Source: Octopus vulgaris (lineage: Eukaryota). Taken from it: a stretch of 64,000 nt of DNA. A program made the position numbers and the translations under genes. Shown here piece after piece: positions 44,659-60,075 of this stretch. The stretch is taken from positions 176,452,001 through 176,516,000 of the forward strand of contig OX597816.1 in assembly GCA_951406725.2 (NCBI GenBank). The letters run 5' to 3'. Under the pieces are notes generated by a model. The model ran no database searches. It worked only from the letters and a program-made list of their open reading frames with translations, and had not been told where the DNA came from. The first letter of the stretch is position 1. Each line of letters starts with the position of its first letter.

Positions 44659-46530
44659 ATAATAATAATAATAAAACATTGTGTACAGTGCTCAGGTGCA
44701 CTACAACTCATCTAAAGTGTATGTAGGGTAATGTACAAGCATCAGGAAAAGAACATTGCATGAGTCATGACATACACATATGTGTATGAGTATGGAAGGG
44801 GGACAATCAGGTGTAGTTTCGGCAGATTTCGGAAAGCATGAGGGCCTTAAAGGATGCAGTGTCATGGCAGTCAACAACTGACGCAGGCAGTTTGTTCCAT
44901 GCTTCAGCAACTCTGAGCGTGAAAAAATGTTTCCGAAAGTCATGGGAGCTGTGCTGTTTTCTGACTTTGTAGGCATGTCCACGTGTGTTGGACACATGGA
45001 GATCAAAAAGGTGTTCAGTGTTGTTGTTGGTGAGGTGGTTGATAACTTTGTGGGTGTTTACCAAGTCCATCGCCAGATGCCGGAGCTTCAGTGAATCCAT
45101 GCCCAGGGAAACAAGGCGCTCAGAGTATGGTAGGTGTCTGATGGAGGGTATGCGTTTGGTTGCACGTCTCTGAACAGATTCCAGGAGGTCAATGTTCTGA
45201 GCAAGATAGGGGTTCCAAACTGATGATGCGAATTCCAAGTGTGGTCATACCATAGCTGTATACAGCTTTAAATAGATGGCTGGAGAGCAGCTAACAAAAG
45301 TTTTGCTGAGTGATGCCAAGACACCCTCGGCCTTCTTGACAATTTTAGAGATATGCTTTGTCCAACGCAAATCACTGCTGACAGTGATGCCTAGGTCATG
45401 CTCGCAAGAGGATTTCTTGATATCAGTGTTGTGGAGGGAGTATGTGGACGCAGGGTTTTTTCTCCCAAAATGCATGGTGGTACACTTGTCCACAGCCAGT
45501 TTCAGTTGCCAGTCTGTGATCCATTGCTGCATTGTGTCCAGGTCTGATTGCAGGAAAGAGTTGTAGACATCAGGATCTGTCCTCTTGATTTCAAGGTACA
45601 GCTTGATGTCGTCTGCATATTTCAATACTGTGGCATTCTTTAAATTGGCATCTATGTCATTAATGTATGCCACAAACAAGAGGGGACTAAGAACAGATCC
45701 CTGTGGTACACCCAATGACATCTCATATGGTGTAGAATGCTGTCCTAGAACTGTGACTACCTCCTTTCGGCTGAGAATGAAGGATTTCAACCAGTTAAAA
45801 AGATCATCCCTCACACCCATTGCAGAGAGTTTCACCATAAGCCTTTTGTGTGGCACAGAATTAAAAGCCTTAGCAAAGTCAAGGTAGACAACATCCACCC
45901 ATGAGCCACTGTCAGTGATCTGAGTAATGTCCTCAAGGAACTCGACAAGCTGATCACTGCAGCTGGAGTTAGGGACAAAACCATATTGTGAGGGTCGGAT
46001 GAGACTGTGAGAGCTCCAGAAGTTCCAAAGTGTTTCTCTGACACACGATTCCATCAGTTTTGCAATACAGCTAGTGAGACTGACTGGGCGATAGTTGACA
46101 GGTGATGTGCGGTCGCCTTTTTTGAACAGAGGAATGACACTGGCAGTTTTCCACTGCTCCGGAGTAGCACCATTGTTGAGACAGTACTGGAAGAAAATAG
46201 AAAGCTGGTGTAAAAGGAAGTACCTGCCACGTTTGAGAAGCAGGTATGTAACTCCATCAAGACCAGGGGAGGCATAGTTGCGCTTATTTTGAAGGTGACG
46301 TCGCAGCATTGCAGGTGTAAATTCCATAGTTGTTATGGAATTTGCTGTTAGAGATGGTGAAGATGGTAAATTTTGATTTTCAACAGTGAATATGCTTGCA
46401 TAGCACTCGGCAATGAGTTCTGCGCATTCCTTGGGATCGTCAGTGATCTGGCTTGTGTGAGGGTTGCGAAGAGGACCCACTGGAGAGTGAGGTCTCTGCT
46501 TCGAGTGCACATATTTCCAGAAAACCTTGC
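44659..46530 (-). mobile_element. 5'-truncated CR1-group LINE with a near-intact RT domain and (ATT)n tail
   Basis: SPGLDG, PLFKKGD..NYRPVSLT, LDFAKAF, GVPQGSVLSPLLF, YADD. A single in-frame stop at ~45245 separates the two ORFs. Confidence 0.93.
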
Positions 46531-47156
46531 TGATAACCCTTAGGTTATATAGCCTCGTATAACCTAAAGATCTCTGTGTATTATAACAAAATTTAAAATC
46601 ATCTCAAGAATTGAAAGAGGAAATAAAAATTAATGATATTCATTATGAGATAGGTTAATGTCCAATGCTCAAATATCTCTTGAATGAAAATGTATACATA
46701 TCTGCAAAAGAAGAGTGTTAAACACTGGATAGAAAAATCACCATAATACTGCAATAACAAATATCCAATAATAAATGGAACTGTAAACATTATTCAATAG
46801 CTACTTCTAAAATTAACGCATGCATTCACACATGTATGTATGCATGTTTGTATGCATGTATGTATTCATGTATGTATGCATATATGTATGTAAATATGTG
46901 TATATGTGCATGTGTGTGTACTTATAGCATGTGTGTATGTATATTTCTATCTATATACATATATAGCACACTCTATAAAGTGGTCGATATTAGGAAGGGG
47001 ATCCAGCCATAGAAACCAAGCCAGATCAAACTGGAACCTAGAGGAGCTCTCTGGCGTGCCAGCTCTAGTCAAACCATACATCCATGCCAGCATGGAAAAT
47101 GGATGTATGATGATGATGATGTGCATATGGATGTATGTATTAAAGGAAAAATTCAC

Positions 47157-47284
47157 CTTTTCATATTTTCCATCAGGAATAGTGCCAAGAGTTTTAAACT
47201 CAAATATACGACATTTGGTGTTTTTTGAAGGCTGGACATCATACTCAATCTTCAGCAGTAATGCAGTGGTTTTGTACAAAAATT
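47157..47284 (-). CDS. IL-17R-like ectodomain exon (128 nt)
   Basis: tttttgtag|AA...AAG|gtgaat. FLYKTTALLLKIEYDVQPSKNTKCRIFEFKTLGTIPDGKYEK, phase 1-0. Confidence 0.85.
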
Positions 47285-47389
47285 CTACAAAAATATAAAA
47301 GAGAAGAAAGGATTTAAAGTGCATTCATAACATATGTGTACTTATATCTCTATTGAGATTAGCCAGAGATGATTTTTAAAATGAGAATA

Positions 47390-47662
47390 CCTGAAATAAA
47401 CTCAACTGCTCTCAAAAACGAGAATACTAAAAATGAACCCAACTGCTCTCAAAAATTAAGTAAAAAAACCCGAAAAATAATCCAGAATACTTGTTTGGTA
47501 CTGGATTGATCCCAAAATCTAATCAGTTCATGCGAGTCACAAGGCCAAACATCCCTGAAAGTTTCATCCAAATTCACCCAGCGGTTCTTGAGATATCTTG
47601 TCTCGCAGACAAACAAACACGACTAAAAACAATACCTCTGCCTTTGCTAAGGCAGAGATAAT
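47390..47662 (+). mobile_element. Helentron/DINE-like non-autonomous element
   Basis: aaagtttcatccaaat...gagatatc...cagacaaacaaac...aaaacaatac followed by the 3' hairpin CTCTGCCTT-tgct-AAGGCAGAG. Confidence 0.55.
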
Positions 47663-47669
47663 AATAATA

Positions 47670-48240
47670 ATAAATGCCCTGATGCAGTATCAGGCAGTGG
47701 CTCTCATGACTTTTGATCTAAACCGATTGAAAGTATTATCATGTAAGGTTTGTTTAATGCAAAAGATGAGCCACAGCAAATATTCTGCTCAATACTACAG
47801 ATTTGCTTGTCAGTTGCTTGACTTTAACCATATAGGCATGTGCCTCGGTGGCTGACAATATGTGCATCTCTGATTATGAGCAGGAGTAGTGGAGGAGCAT
47901 CATAGCCATGTGTTGAGAAGAATTTATTGGGATTTGAATTATTCACCTTCAGAAACCTGAGTGTTCTGTTCATCATCTTTAAACAACCCTTATTCAGGGA
48001 CTTCTTAAGCTATCTGACCTGAATAAAATTCTGAAAACAGAGTCCCACCTGCAAGATCATGCACTGTTATCTTGATACAAGATCACCATGTTGTGCACAT
48101 ATGGTTGTGATGTACGTGCCTGTGGTACCCTTATCAGACGGGTAGTCACGATGGGTATACTGGGCTTCGTATATTTTACCCCAGTGTCACTTTGATGGCA
48201 TGCACTGCTCTCTCACTCAACAACAACAATAATAATAATA
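47670..48240. repeat. Interspersed repeat with (AAT)n ends; partial inverted copy at ~42650-42820
   Basis: 47775-47940 is the reverse complement of ~42655-42820. Confidence 0.7.
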
Positions 48241-49267
48241 ATCCTTTCTACTATAGGCACAAGGCCAGCAATTTTAAGGGAAAGTGAGAGTCAGTTCCAT
48301 TGACCCCAGTACTTGACTGGTACATTATTTCATTTACCCACAAAAGGATGAAAAGCAAAATTAACCATGGTAGGATTTGAACTCAGAACATGAAAATACT
48401 TTTCCTAATGTTCTAATAATTCTTTCAGCTTGAATAATAATGATGAAAGTGGTGATAGGGGTGGGGAGTAGGGAAGCTGATCCCACTGAATCCAACATTG
48501 GACTGGTACTTTATTTTATAAGTCCCAGAGGGATGAAAAGGAAATTTGATCCCAGCAGGGTTTTAACTCAGAACTATAAAGAGTCAGAGCAAATACTGTA
48601 AGGCATTTTATCTGGAATTCTAACAATAATAATAATTCTTTCTACTAAAGGCACAAACGTTGAAATTCTGAGGGAAGGAAGCTAGTCGATTACTTCAACC
48701 CCAGAATTTCACTGGTACTCAATTTATCGACCCCAAAAGATGAAAGACAAAGTTGACCTCAGCAGAATAATAAAAATAATGAGGACTGTTGCATAAAGAG
48801 ATGCCGATCACTAATTGCAGTGGGAACATGTGGAAGGGTAGATCCAGAAAGTGGTGAGAAAGGATCTACAAAACATTGGGACTCACAGAGGGGACGAAAG
48901 GGGACTGAGACTCGTGGTGATTTACTGTGCTTGGAAAGACACATCAAGCTAAGTGTGGGTGGCCTTACATACAGGCTCACCCCTTGCAACCCTCTCCGGC
49001 TGAGCATCCTTAATCTTGCAGGCTCATAAGTGCCAGAGCTGCATAAAAGCACCCAGTATACTCTGTAAAGTGGTTGGCCTTAGGAAGGGCATCCAGCCAT
49101 GGAAACCATGCCGAAACAGACATGGAGCCTGAACAGCCCTTCAGCTGATCAGCTCCTGTCGAACTGTCCAACCCATGTCAGCATGGAAAACAGATGTTAA
49201 ATCATGATGATGATGATAAATAATACAAATGTTAAAATTTAGTAAAAACATCCAAAATAGAACTCAC

Positions 49268-49546
49268 CACCAGATGGCAACAGAAGAGTGAAATTAAGTG
49301 CAAAGTTATTGCGGCGGTAGTCATTAAAACAAGTCCGCTGTTCATCATGAATAGTAATACCAGCAATTTGTGGACGCGCTGATGCACTGGTGTAGAGATC
49401 ACTGATATTATTGAAAGTAACATCAGTAACTGTAGAACTTCCTCTAGCAGGAATATCAACACTGGACTGGTAGTGGTACTTCTGCCAACTTGGTATGCTA
49501 CCTTTACTTCGGTTACGTTCAAGTTCTCGGTTCACATTGTGGCATC
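49268..49546 (-). CDS. IL-17R-like ectodomain exon (279 nt), the most 5' exon found
   Basis: aatttag|GA...GGTG|gtgagt. CHNVNRELERNRSKG...FALNFTLLLPSG, phase 1-1, with several N-x-S/T sequons. Confidence 0.83.
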
Positions 49547-50289
49547 CTAAATTTCAAAAAGAGAAAAGAAAAAGCATAAAAAAAAAGAAAGAAATAGATA
49601 AAAAAATGGCAAGTATTCTCTTTATTTAAAACTCTACAATTATTCTAATATATATAATTTCAACTGAGTGAGCAAGGTCAGGCTTAGAGATAAAAGAGTG
49701 ATTCAGATTCTCTTTGCTGCAACAATAGAAAGGTCAGTAATATTCCATCTCCCATTACAGCTGTTTAAACTCAGGAAACGCATTAACATTCACTGGATAT
49801 GGGTAGACATTTTGAAAAAGAACAGATTGCATAACCAAGAAAGAATACAAAATCATATTTTTGTCTCTTACTTGATACTTTCTTCTGCATATCCTCAAAT
49901 TTAAAGTTGGATCTTCAATAAAAGCCTTGAGAAATTTCAACTGAAAAAATGGCCACTTCTTACATAGCACAACATATATTGTTAAGATATTTATATAACA
50001 GAAACATACAATAGAATTGTAACACTGAAGGAAACAATGTACATTTCATAAATTCTTCATATCATCCAGCATTATTTCCATTCTACTTAACCTTTTTATT
50101 ATTATATTTCTGTTGAAATATACTGGTGCAGGAGTGGCTGTGTGGTAAGTAGCTTGCTAACCAACCTCATGGTTCCGGGTTCAGTCCCACTGCATGGCAT
50201 CTTGGGCAAGTGTCTTCTGCTATAGCCCCGGGCCGACCAATGCCTTGTGAGTGGATTTGGTAGACGGAAACTGAAAGAAGCCTGTCGTA

Positions 50290-50344
<55 letters not shown>

Positions 50345-53051
50345 ATATGTTTGTGTGTCTGTGTTTGTCCCCCTAGCATTGCTTGACAACCGATGCTGGT
50401 GTGTTTACGTCCCCGTCACTTAGCGGTTAGGCAAAAGAGACCGATAGAATAAGTACTGGGCTTACAAAGAATAAGTCCCGGGGTCGATTTGCTCGACTAA
50501 AGGCGGTGCTCCAGCATGGCCGCAGTCAAATGACTGAAACAAGTAAAAGAGAGAGTAATACTGCCTTTGTTTCAATTAATTTTGAAGAATACTAATTAAC
50601 ATGAAATTTTGATGGAAAGATTTACTCTAGATCATTTTAAGACAGGAGGTTTGTATCATTTTAAGACAGGAGGTTTGTATGAAGCAGAGTGCTTCCAAAA
50701 AAATTAAAAGGATGAAAAAATAGTTCCCATTGAAGTTTAGCAATGGAAGAAGACTGAAATCAGGGATGAAGTTAACTAAATATTTTCTGATTCACAGAGA
50801 TCCATAGATTTGATATGTGTCACTTGTTTCTAGCATATTACACAAATGAAAGATAAATCTCTTCTCAGAAAGGATGCTAGTTTATTATTGGCACCAATTC
50901 CAATAGGAGGTAACTGAATTCAACACTGCATTAAAGTAAACAAGTCACAAATTCCATAGTACTGGTATCTAGCTCCAGCAGTAAATCATACTGTGTACCT
51001 ACTTTGGGCCATTAAGAATTGTGTGATTAGGCCACAAACACAGCACCTGTAACAGGATATGAACTATCAACCATTCAGCTGAGCATCATGCAATTCTACC
51101 ATTTCAGTCATCGATCCTCTTACTAAAAATGGACAGCAGCTACTTAACAAATCATTTTCTCAAGCAAAAGGTTTATCTAAAGTTGGTAAGAAGAATAACA
51201 AAATATCTTTTAAAAATCTCTTAGCAACAAACTCATTTCCGTAAGGAGATTCTATAAACTGTTTACTTCTGATGACACTCTTTCTTAATAATTTAAACTC
51301 CATTTCTTTCATCTGCATTGTTATAAATTAACAAATTTACATCTAATAAGCGAAAACAGTAGAGTGTCAAACTAAATGCCTTTAAGCATTTAATGCTATC
51401 CTTCGACATTAAGAATTCAAATCCCACCAGATTTGAATTCACCCTTGATTCTCTCAAAGTATTGGTAACGAAATAAATATTAGCCATTATTAAAATCAAT
51501 TCAGTGAACTATATCCACACCCTACAAATTTTTAGCATCTTGCCAACTTCACTAATGTGAGAAATCAATATATTTATAAATGTGAGTCAGCACAGCCACC
51601 CAAGCTCCACCAATAATTTTACATGAAAGAAGTTAGTTAAGAGCTCTATGCAGCCACTTAAACTGCAGGAATCTTCCCCAAATACTACTCTACTTCTTAA
51701 AAATGTTTAAATATACAAGATAAACTAATACTGAATGTAATACACCAATAAAAGAAAACAAAATGGTCAGTTATAATACCATTTAATGTTTTTTATACAC
51801 CAAAATATTCTTCACAGAAGCTATGAATATGAAAGAAGTGAGCTCTAAAACACCTATAAAGGTAAATGTCTCACAGTCTACAAAAACTCAAAAACATTAT
51901 CACTAACATTTACAAATAGTCCAGAGACATACACGAATACAGGAAAAAATAACTATAAGGGCAACACCAACAAAAAAGACCATTGTTATTTCCTTTTTTA
52001 AACAAAAACAAAAAAAATCTTACAAATTCTGCAATATAAAATTAATGACATTAAAAGTACTTTTATGGAACTAAAAGATCATCACACTCAACACTTACAT
52101 AATAATTCAGAAAATATTCTTACTACATAACACCTAACACTGTGCATGTTATAAGAGTGGTTAGTCTTATAACATACACCTCTTTTGTTGTTATATTTCT
52201 GTCAAAATACACTACCTTTGTTTCAATTAATTAGTAAAATAATTTTGTCATTATTAAACTGGTGTCTGAAACATGAATTTGAATGAAATTTTAATGAAAG
52301 ACTTTCTTTTTCTTTTATTTTTTGATAACTAACTTTAAAACAGAAAGTTTGTATCATAATACCTGGGTAAGTCTCAGACAAGTTGGTATCAAAAGGGTTA
52401 AACCAAAGAGGGAATGACACTAACTAGAAATACAGACTTCCAAAATAAAAGCCAACAATATGAAACACACAATTATACTAAATATAACAACATCAGCAAC
52501 CTCACCAATTGATCATCCAGGTTACAGACTCCAACTTCAACACTTAATACAGAAACACAGTTGAGAAAACTTCAATGCATTCAACACATGCTGGTTTTCA
52601 AAGTGGGTACCCACCTAAACCCACCTAATAATGAGTCGTGTCTTATGCAAACCACTTCTTGATAAAGGTTGCCCATGCTCAACCTAGAACATGATTTTAA
52701 ATCTGTTCTTCTCCCAAAGAAGGAACGGGAAAATTTTAAAATTCAGAAACCTCAGAACCAGACAAATTCACAAATTTATATTAAAACTCCTGGGACATGA
52801 ATGAATCACTCACTGCATTCACTAAATCTATAACTAATTGTACCAGAAATGAATGAGGGAACCTGCACAGGGTCATCTGACCATATCCAGAATTAGCAAC
52901 AAAATCTCTCTCAAGCTACACCCTTCTGTCACAACAGTTGGCCAGAGAAAACTATTCCAGAAGGAAAGAGGATATGGTCACAGCTGGAATGGCCTCTGAT
53001 AGCAGTTCTGTCTGATCTATCAAAGCTGAAGTAAGCTAAACAACAGCAATA

Positions 53052-53437
53052 TTGGAAGCACTCCGTCGGTTACGACGACGAGGGTTCCGGTTGATCCGAA
53101 TCAATGGAACAGCCTACTCGTGAAATTAATGTTTAAGTGGCTGAGCACTCCACAGACACGTGTACCCTTAACGTAGTTCTCGGGGATATTCAGCGTGACA
53201 CAGAGAGTGACAAGGCCGGCCCTTTGAAATACAGGTACAACAGAAACAGGAAGTAAGAGTGAGAGAAAGTTGTGGTGAAAGAGTACAGCAGGGATCACCA
53301 CCATCCCCTGCCGGAGCCTCGTGGAGCTTTAGGTGTTTTCGCTCAATAAACACTCACAACGCCCGGTCTGGGAATCAAAACCGCGATCCTATGACCGCGA
53401 GTCCGCTGCCCTAACCACTGGGCCATTGCGCCTCCAC
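53052..53437 (-). mobile_element. tRNA-derived SINE family B, copy 2
   Basis: Near-identical to 9194-9583. TSD ACAGCAATA at 53043-51 and 53436-44. Confidence 0.88.
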
Positions 53438-55553
53438 AGCAATAACTCATACCAACACTGTCTAATTCTCAAAATCTGGAAGCCAAGTAAAATTATGATA
53501 ATACCAAAGCAAACCAAAATCTGAAATAAAGTATTACATACAGATCTATCACTCTATTATACACACACTCAAAATTTCACTAACCCAAACATACCCCTCT
53601 CCAAATCACAAAGAGAAAAACTCCTGCATATACCATTATAACTACCATCAACATCAGCAAAACTTTCAATTCAATTTCCCAAAGATCTACCCACACAAAA
53701 AATATTCAACATCATCTTAAAAAATATCAGAAAAACACTGGCTAGCAGACTATTTGTCAGGCCACTAAGCCTACATAGTGTACAAGAACAGGACTTCCAA
53801 AACTGCAATTTCCTCAGAGATTTGATATCTTACCCAATCTTTTCAACCTGTACCTACACAAAACAAACACTCAGTTTCATATGAAAGTGACATCACACCC
53901 ACCTCCACCACTCTCCAGACACTGCTGCACAACTATTCCAACCCTACAAAACTCACCTAGAAACCTAGCTTAACATTTAAACCAACCATATCTAGCCCAA
54001 ATATTTTATGTTTATGGTCAAACTGGTCGGATCTGGCCATTGATATCTTCCCTACAATGTCATTCTAAAAATAAACAATCACATCATTGAAATCTTGAAG
54101 CTACAAGATAAGACAGGATTAATTCAAAACAATGGGAATAAATAAGTACTACATTTGACAGTGTAATCTGAACACTAAAGGGATAAGTAGCACTAAATCC
54201 CTTCTTTCCAGCAACACCACAAAACATCAAATACAACCAGTCATCACATTCACAAAGATGAAAATATACAAGACTCACACAACTCCATCAAAACAATATA
54301 TAAAAATATATTGGAGATGTCCCATTGGTGCACAGGTAATCATTACATCCATAATAGATTCTGTTGGTCCTATTCATCCCCCAATCTCTTCACATCAAGA
54401 ACACAAAACAGTGCACAACTCATCATAAGTTATACACAGACCACACACAGAGGCTCCCTACACAAAGAAACAGAAATATTAAAAATGAAGGACTACCTGA
54501 AGAAGCAAGGGGTAGAGTTAATAAAGCCCTTATCACAGCATGAAAACCCACCTCCAGACACCTGGACAACAACCCAAAGCACTATCATGACATCATCCTA
54601 AAACGCTATCTCTCTTCTCAGTCCAGACAAGCAAAATTAATCCAGACATACAGAAATATCTGCAATGACAACAGACTGTCACTGGCTCCAAACACCATGT
54701 TGCAAAGCAAAGCACCAAAAATATGTGTAAAAGAACAGCAACTATTGTGCTCTGAGTCCATTTTGTCTGCTTTTGTTGCGGCATGGAAATAATTGAACAG
54801 CGGAGAGAGAGAGAGAGCAATGTACCCTGACTGTCACATAAACCTAAATGAGTCATCATTGAATGTTGCTGTATGATATTCAACTAGACAGAGACAAGGT
54901 ACAGGAAAAATTAATCTGCAGGCTGTAACTTCATTGTTCAGCTGACTACATGAATACTATGGATCAATTCATTTACGGCTGGCTTGAGGGTTACACAACA
55001 ACAACTCATCAAAAGAGAAACACAAATACATTAAAAAGGATGAGAATGAGGCAGCGGAAATGGAGAAGGGCAACTGTCTCAATAAGATTAATGATTTTGT
55101 ACCTATAGGTACAAGGCACCAAATTTTGGAAGAGGGAGCTATCACTAGTACTTGACTAGTTATTTTATTTTACTACCCACAGAAGAATGAAAAGCATTCA
55201 TTCTCCGTTGGATTAGAAGTCAATTTTGCCTTTCATCCTTCAGTAGTTCTAAATGTCAGCAGAAAGCAAAATGTTTGTAAGACAGAGTTATAATAAATTA
55301 TCTGACCTCAGTACATGCCTGAATGCAGAAAAGTAAAACCTACTTCAACTGTATTTCAAGGTATTTAATCTAACACCAGCATTTCATATAGATGCTGATA
55401 TGGTTGTATAGTAAGAAGTTTACTTCATGACCACATGGTTCTAAGTTCAAGGTCCCACAGTGTGGTATCTTGGACAAGTGTCTTTTTTCTAGTTTCGGGC
55501 CTTGTGAGTGGATTTGGCAGACAAAAACTGAAAGAAGCCCATATATATATATA

Positions 55554-56731
55554 TTGGGTTGGCAACTAAGTTTCCACTGTTTTTTCTAAATTTTGGAATT
55601 TATTGTGTTTTTAAATTTTGGAATCTATTTTGTTTTGTTTTTTTGTTTTTTGTAGTTAATTTTAGTTAATTTTTGTTTTATTTTTAGATCATTAAAATGG
55701 AATGTCAAGTTAAGAAAAACGAGCATTTTTGACACCTCCTCCTTTTTGCTTTTAATCAAGGTTCTAAGGCCGGAAAAGCTGCTTGCAACATTTGTGCTGT
55801 ATATGGAGAGGGTGCCATTGCTGAAAGAACTGATTGTGATTGGTATGCCAAGTTCAAAAATGGAAATTTTGACCTCAAAGACGCACCTCATTCTGGCTGT
55901 CCAGTTGAGCTCCATGAAGAGTGATTAAACCAACTTTTGCATGAAAATTCTCATCAAACAACAAGGGAACTGGCAGGGAAAATGGAATGCTCCCACACTG
56001 CTACAGAGAAGCATCTTCACTTGATGGGAAAAGTTCAGAAGTATGGAGCATGGGTTCCGCATTCTTTAAGTGACAACAAAAATCAACGAGCCACAATCTC
56101 CGTTGGTTTGCTTGCTCGTCACCGCTCAACTTATGGATACAGGCAACGATTTCTTTACATCAATATGAAGCAGAGTAAGGAATGGCTTAGCCCTGGTAAA
56201 CAAGCGACACAGCACGTGAAACAAGATCTTCATCCGTGTAAAACGATGTTGTGCGTTTGGTAGGACTGGGAAGGGATTATCCATTACGAATTGCTTGAAC
56301 GGAACCAAACGGTCAATGCGGAACTCCATGTTCAATAGCAGGAACGATTCAACACGGCTATTCAAGAGAAAAGACCTAATCGGCAGCATAGAGTTCTTCT
56401 GCTTCACGACAAAGCCCGCCATCATATTGCCAATATGACCAAGGAAGCCATTCAAACGCATGGCTGGGAAGTGCTGCCACACCTGCCGTACTCTCTTGAT
56501 TTGGCACCAACGGATTTCCACCTCTTTTGATCTCTTTCAAATGCTATGCACAGAGTTTCGTTCAATACTGATGCAGAATTGAGAGCTTGGTTGGATCAAT
56601 TTTTCAAGTCAAAATCAGGTGATTTCTCCCAACGAGGTATTGAAAATTGATTAATTAGTTGTTATTTTTTATTAAATCTTTTAAAAAATTTAAATTTAAA
56701 AAAAACAGCGGGAACTTAGTTGCCAACCCAA
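55554..56731 (+). mobile_element. Full-length but degenerate mariner element
   Basis: TIRs TTGGGTTGGCAACTAAGTT.../...AACTTAGTTGCCAACCCAA with TA flanks. WVPHSL, LLHDKAR and YSLDLAPTDFHLF motifs, with stops. Confidence 0.92.
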
Positions 56732-56744
56732 TATGTATATATGT

Positions 56745-56804
<60 letters not shown>

Positions 56805-56837
56805 TATTCATTTAAAGGTTACAATACGTGTATTAAA

Positions 56838-56891
56838 GTGCTATTAATAGTTTCCTATGTTGAGAAAACTCAAACATATTCTTCAGGTGCA
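56838..56891 (-). ncRNA. Decayed hammerhead-like motif in a ~300-bp segment between microsatellites
   Basis: TGCAC-CTGAAGA-ATATGTTTGAG(TTTT)CTCAACATAG-GAAA-CTATTAATAG. Stem I pairing is poor. Confidence 0.4.
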
Positions 56892-57141
56892 AACCACATA
56901 TCATAACGAACTAAAGAAATTGAATAATAGAAGAAATGCGAAAAAATTGAGAAGGCAGCATAGAGAAAACACATACAGGAAACAATGGAAAACGAAAAAC
57001 AGAAACTAAAATGTAAAAAATAGAGAGTAAAAAGGTAAAAGAACTATCCTCCTTAGATCTTAAATGATAGGGCTGGAAAGATATCAAGTCAGGTGGAATT
57101 TTCCAATTCTTCACAGTATGTATGTATATATATATGTATAT

Positions 57142-57187
<46 letters not shown>

Positions 57188-57250
57188 ATATATATGTATG
57201 TATATATATATGTATGTATATATATATATATGTATGTATATATATATATG

Positions 57251-57296
<46 letters not shown>

Positions 57297-57297
<1 letters not shown>

Positions 57298-57917
57298 TTA
57301 AATCCTTAAAAATGTTTTAGCCCGAAGGCCGCAGCCATGCTGGGGCACCACCGCTGAATGAGCTACACTAGTTTGTGAATCCACCTCTGATACGTGGCAC
57401 TTGATCAACAAGGGAGTTCGATGCTGCTGCCCGCATCCGCATCTCCTGTCGTGAGGTAGGTTCATCTGGGACTCCCAACAAGAAGAGATCCAGTTTAGTT
57501 TTAAAGAAACCCACATCCACTCCATGTAAGTCTCTCAGGCATTTAGGGAGGATGTTAAAGAGCTGTGGTCCTCTGAAACCCAAGCTGTTGCAGTATCTGG
57601 ACCTGTATTTTGATGGTGATGTTGGAATCCTTGGCACCACGCAGCGGCGCCCCGTTCTGCGGTTGGAGTAACTTTGAATGCCAAAGTTTGGGACAAGACC
57701 CTCCAGGATTTTCCAGATGTATATCACTGCATATCTCTCCCGCCTCTGCTCTAGGGAGAAGAGGTTTAATACCTTCAGTCTTTCCCAGTAGCTGATATTT
57801 TGCATTGAGACGATTTTCTTCGTGTAGCTTCTCTGAATTGCTTCGAGTTCTGCTGTTTGTTTTATATTGTGTGGTGACCAAAGTTGGGAGCAGTAGTCCA
57901 AGCGGCTGAGGACGAAT
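57297..57917 (-). mobile_element. CR1/L2-group LINE 3' fragment (related to 23087-24085), flanked by (TA)n
   Basis: [35 protein letters not shown]; same 3' tail motif. Confidence 0.9.
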
Positions 57918-57943
57918 GTTTATATATATATATGTATGTATAT

Positions 57944-58941
57944 ATCATCATCATCATCATCATCATCATCGTTTAGCGTCCGCTTTCCATGCTAGCATGG
58001 GTTGGACAGGTCAACTGGGGTCTGTGAAGCTGGAAGGCTTCGTCAGGTCCAGTCAGATCTGGCAGTGTTTCTACGGCTGGATGCCCTTCCTAACGCCAAC
58101 CACTCCGCGAGTGTAGTGGGTGTTTTTTACGTGCCACCTGCACAGGTGCCAGACAGAGCTGGCGAACGGCCACGAACGGATGGTGCTTTTACGTGTCACC
58201 GGCATGGGGCCAGGCGATGCTGGCAACGGACACGAACGGATGGTGCTTTTACGTGCCACCGACACGGGGCCAGACAGAGCTGGCAACCGGCCACGAACGG
58301 ACGGTGCTTTTACGTGCCAGACGAGGCTGACAGCGGACACGAACGGATGGGTCACTTAACCCCTGCTTTCTGATATATGATTTGATTTTGATTGTTCTCA
58401 CTGGTCTTGCCGGGTCTTCTCACGCACAGCATACTTCCATAGGTCTCGGTCTCTGGTCATTTCCTTGGTGAGACCTAGAGTTCGAAGGTCGTGCTTCACC
58501 ACCTCGACCCAGGTTTTCCTGGGTCTACCTCTTCCACAGGTCCCCTCAACTGCCAGGGTGTGGCACTTTTTCACACACCTATCTTCATCCATTCTCACCA
58601 CATGACCATACCAGCGCAATCGTCTCTCTTGCACACAACATCTGATTCCTCTTAGGTCCAACTTTTCTCTCAAGGTACTTACACTCTGTCGACTATGAAC
58701 ACTGACATTACACATCCAACGGAGCATACTAGCTTCATTTCTCGCGAGCTTACGCATGTCCTCAGCAGTCACGGCCCATGTTTCACTGCCATGTAGCATG
58801 GCTGTTCGTACACATGCATCATACAGTCTGCCTTTTACTCTGAGCGAGAGGCCTTTAGTCACCAACAGAGGTAAGAGCTCCCTAAACTTTGCCCAGGCTA
58901 TTCTTACTCTAGCCGTTACACTTTCAGCACACCCACCCCCC
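57944..58941 (-). mobile_element. RTE-clade LINE 3' fragment with (GAT)n tail, 5' end abutting (TA)n
   Basis: 155-aa ORF closely similar to 5935-6389. ~60-bp tandem repeats in the 3' UTR. Confidence 0.9.
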
Positions 58942-59821
<880 letters not shown>

Positions 59822-60028
59822 GCAACCACTGAAAATTTCAGACCTGAAGTTCAATAGAGAGTTAAGGATCTTGGATCTGAACAGGATCTGTGCTCTTTCG
59901 GCCAAACAAAGTCTATATTTATTCGAACAATTCACGTAAGGTATGAATTTCTTAATTACTTTCCATTTAATCACTTGGAGTACTTTTTTTTTTTTGGAAT
60001 TTTCTATCATGGATCAGTACATACATAC

Positions 60029-60075
<47 letters not shown>

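Noticed and set aside
54593-54883. Hydrophobic ORF as the missing signal-peptide exon
   Set aside because: No convincing phase-1 donor after the hydrophobic stretch, and the region looks like decayed LINE sequence.
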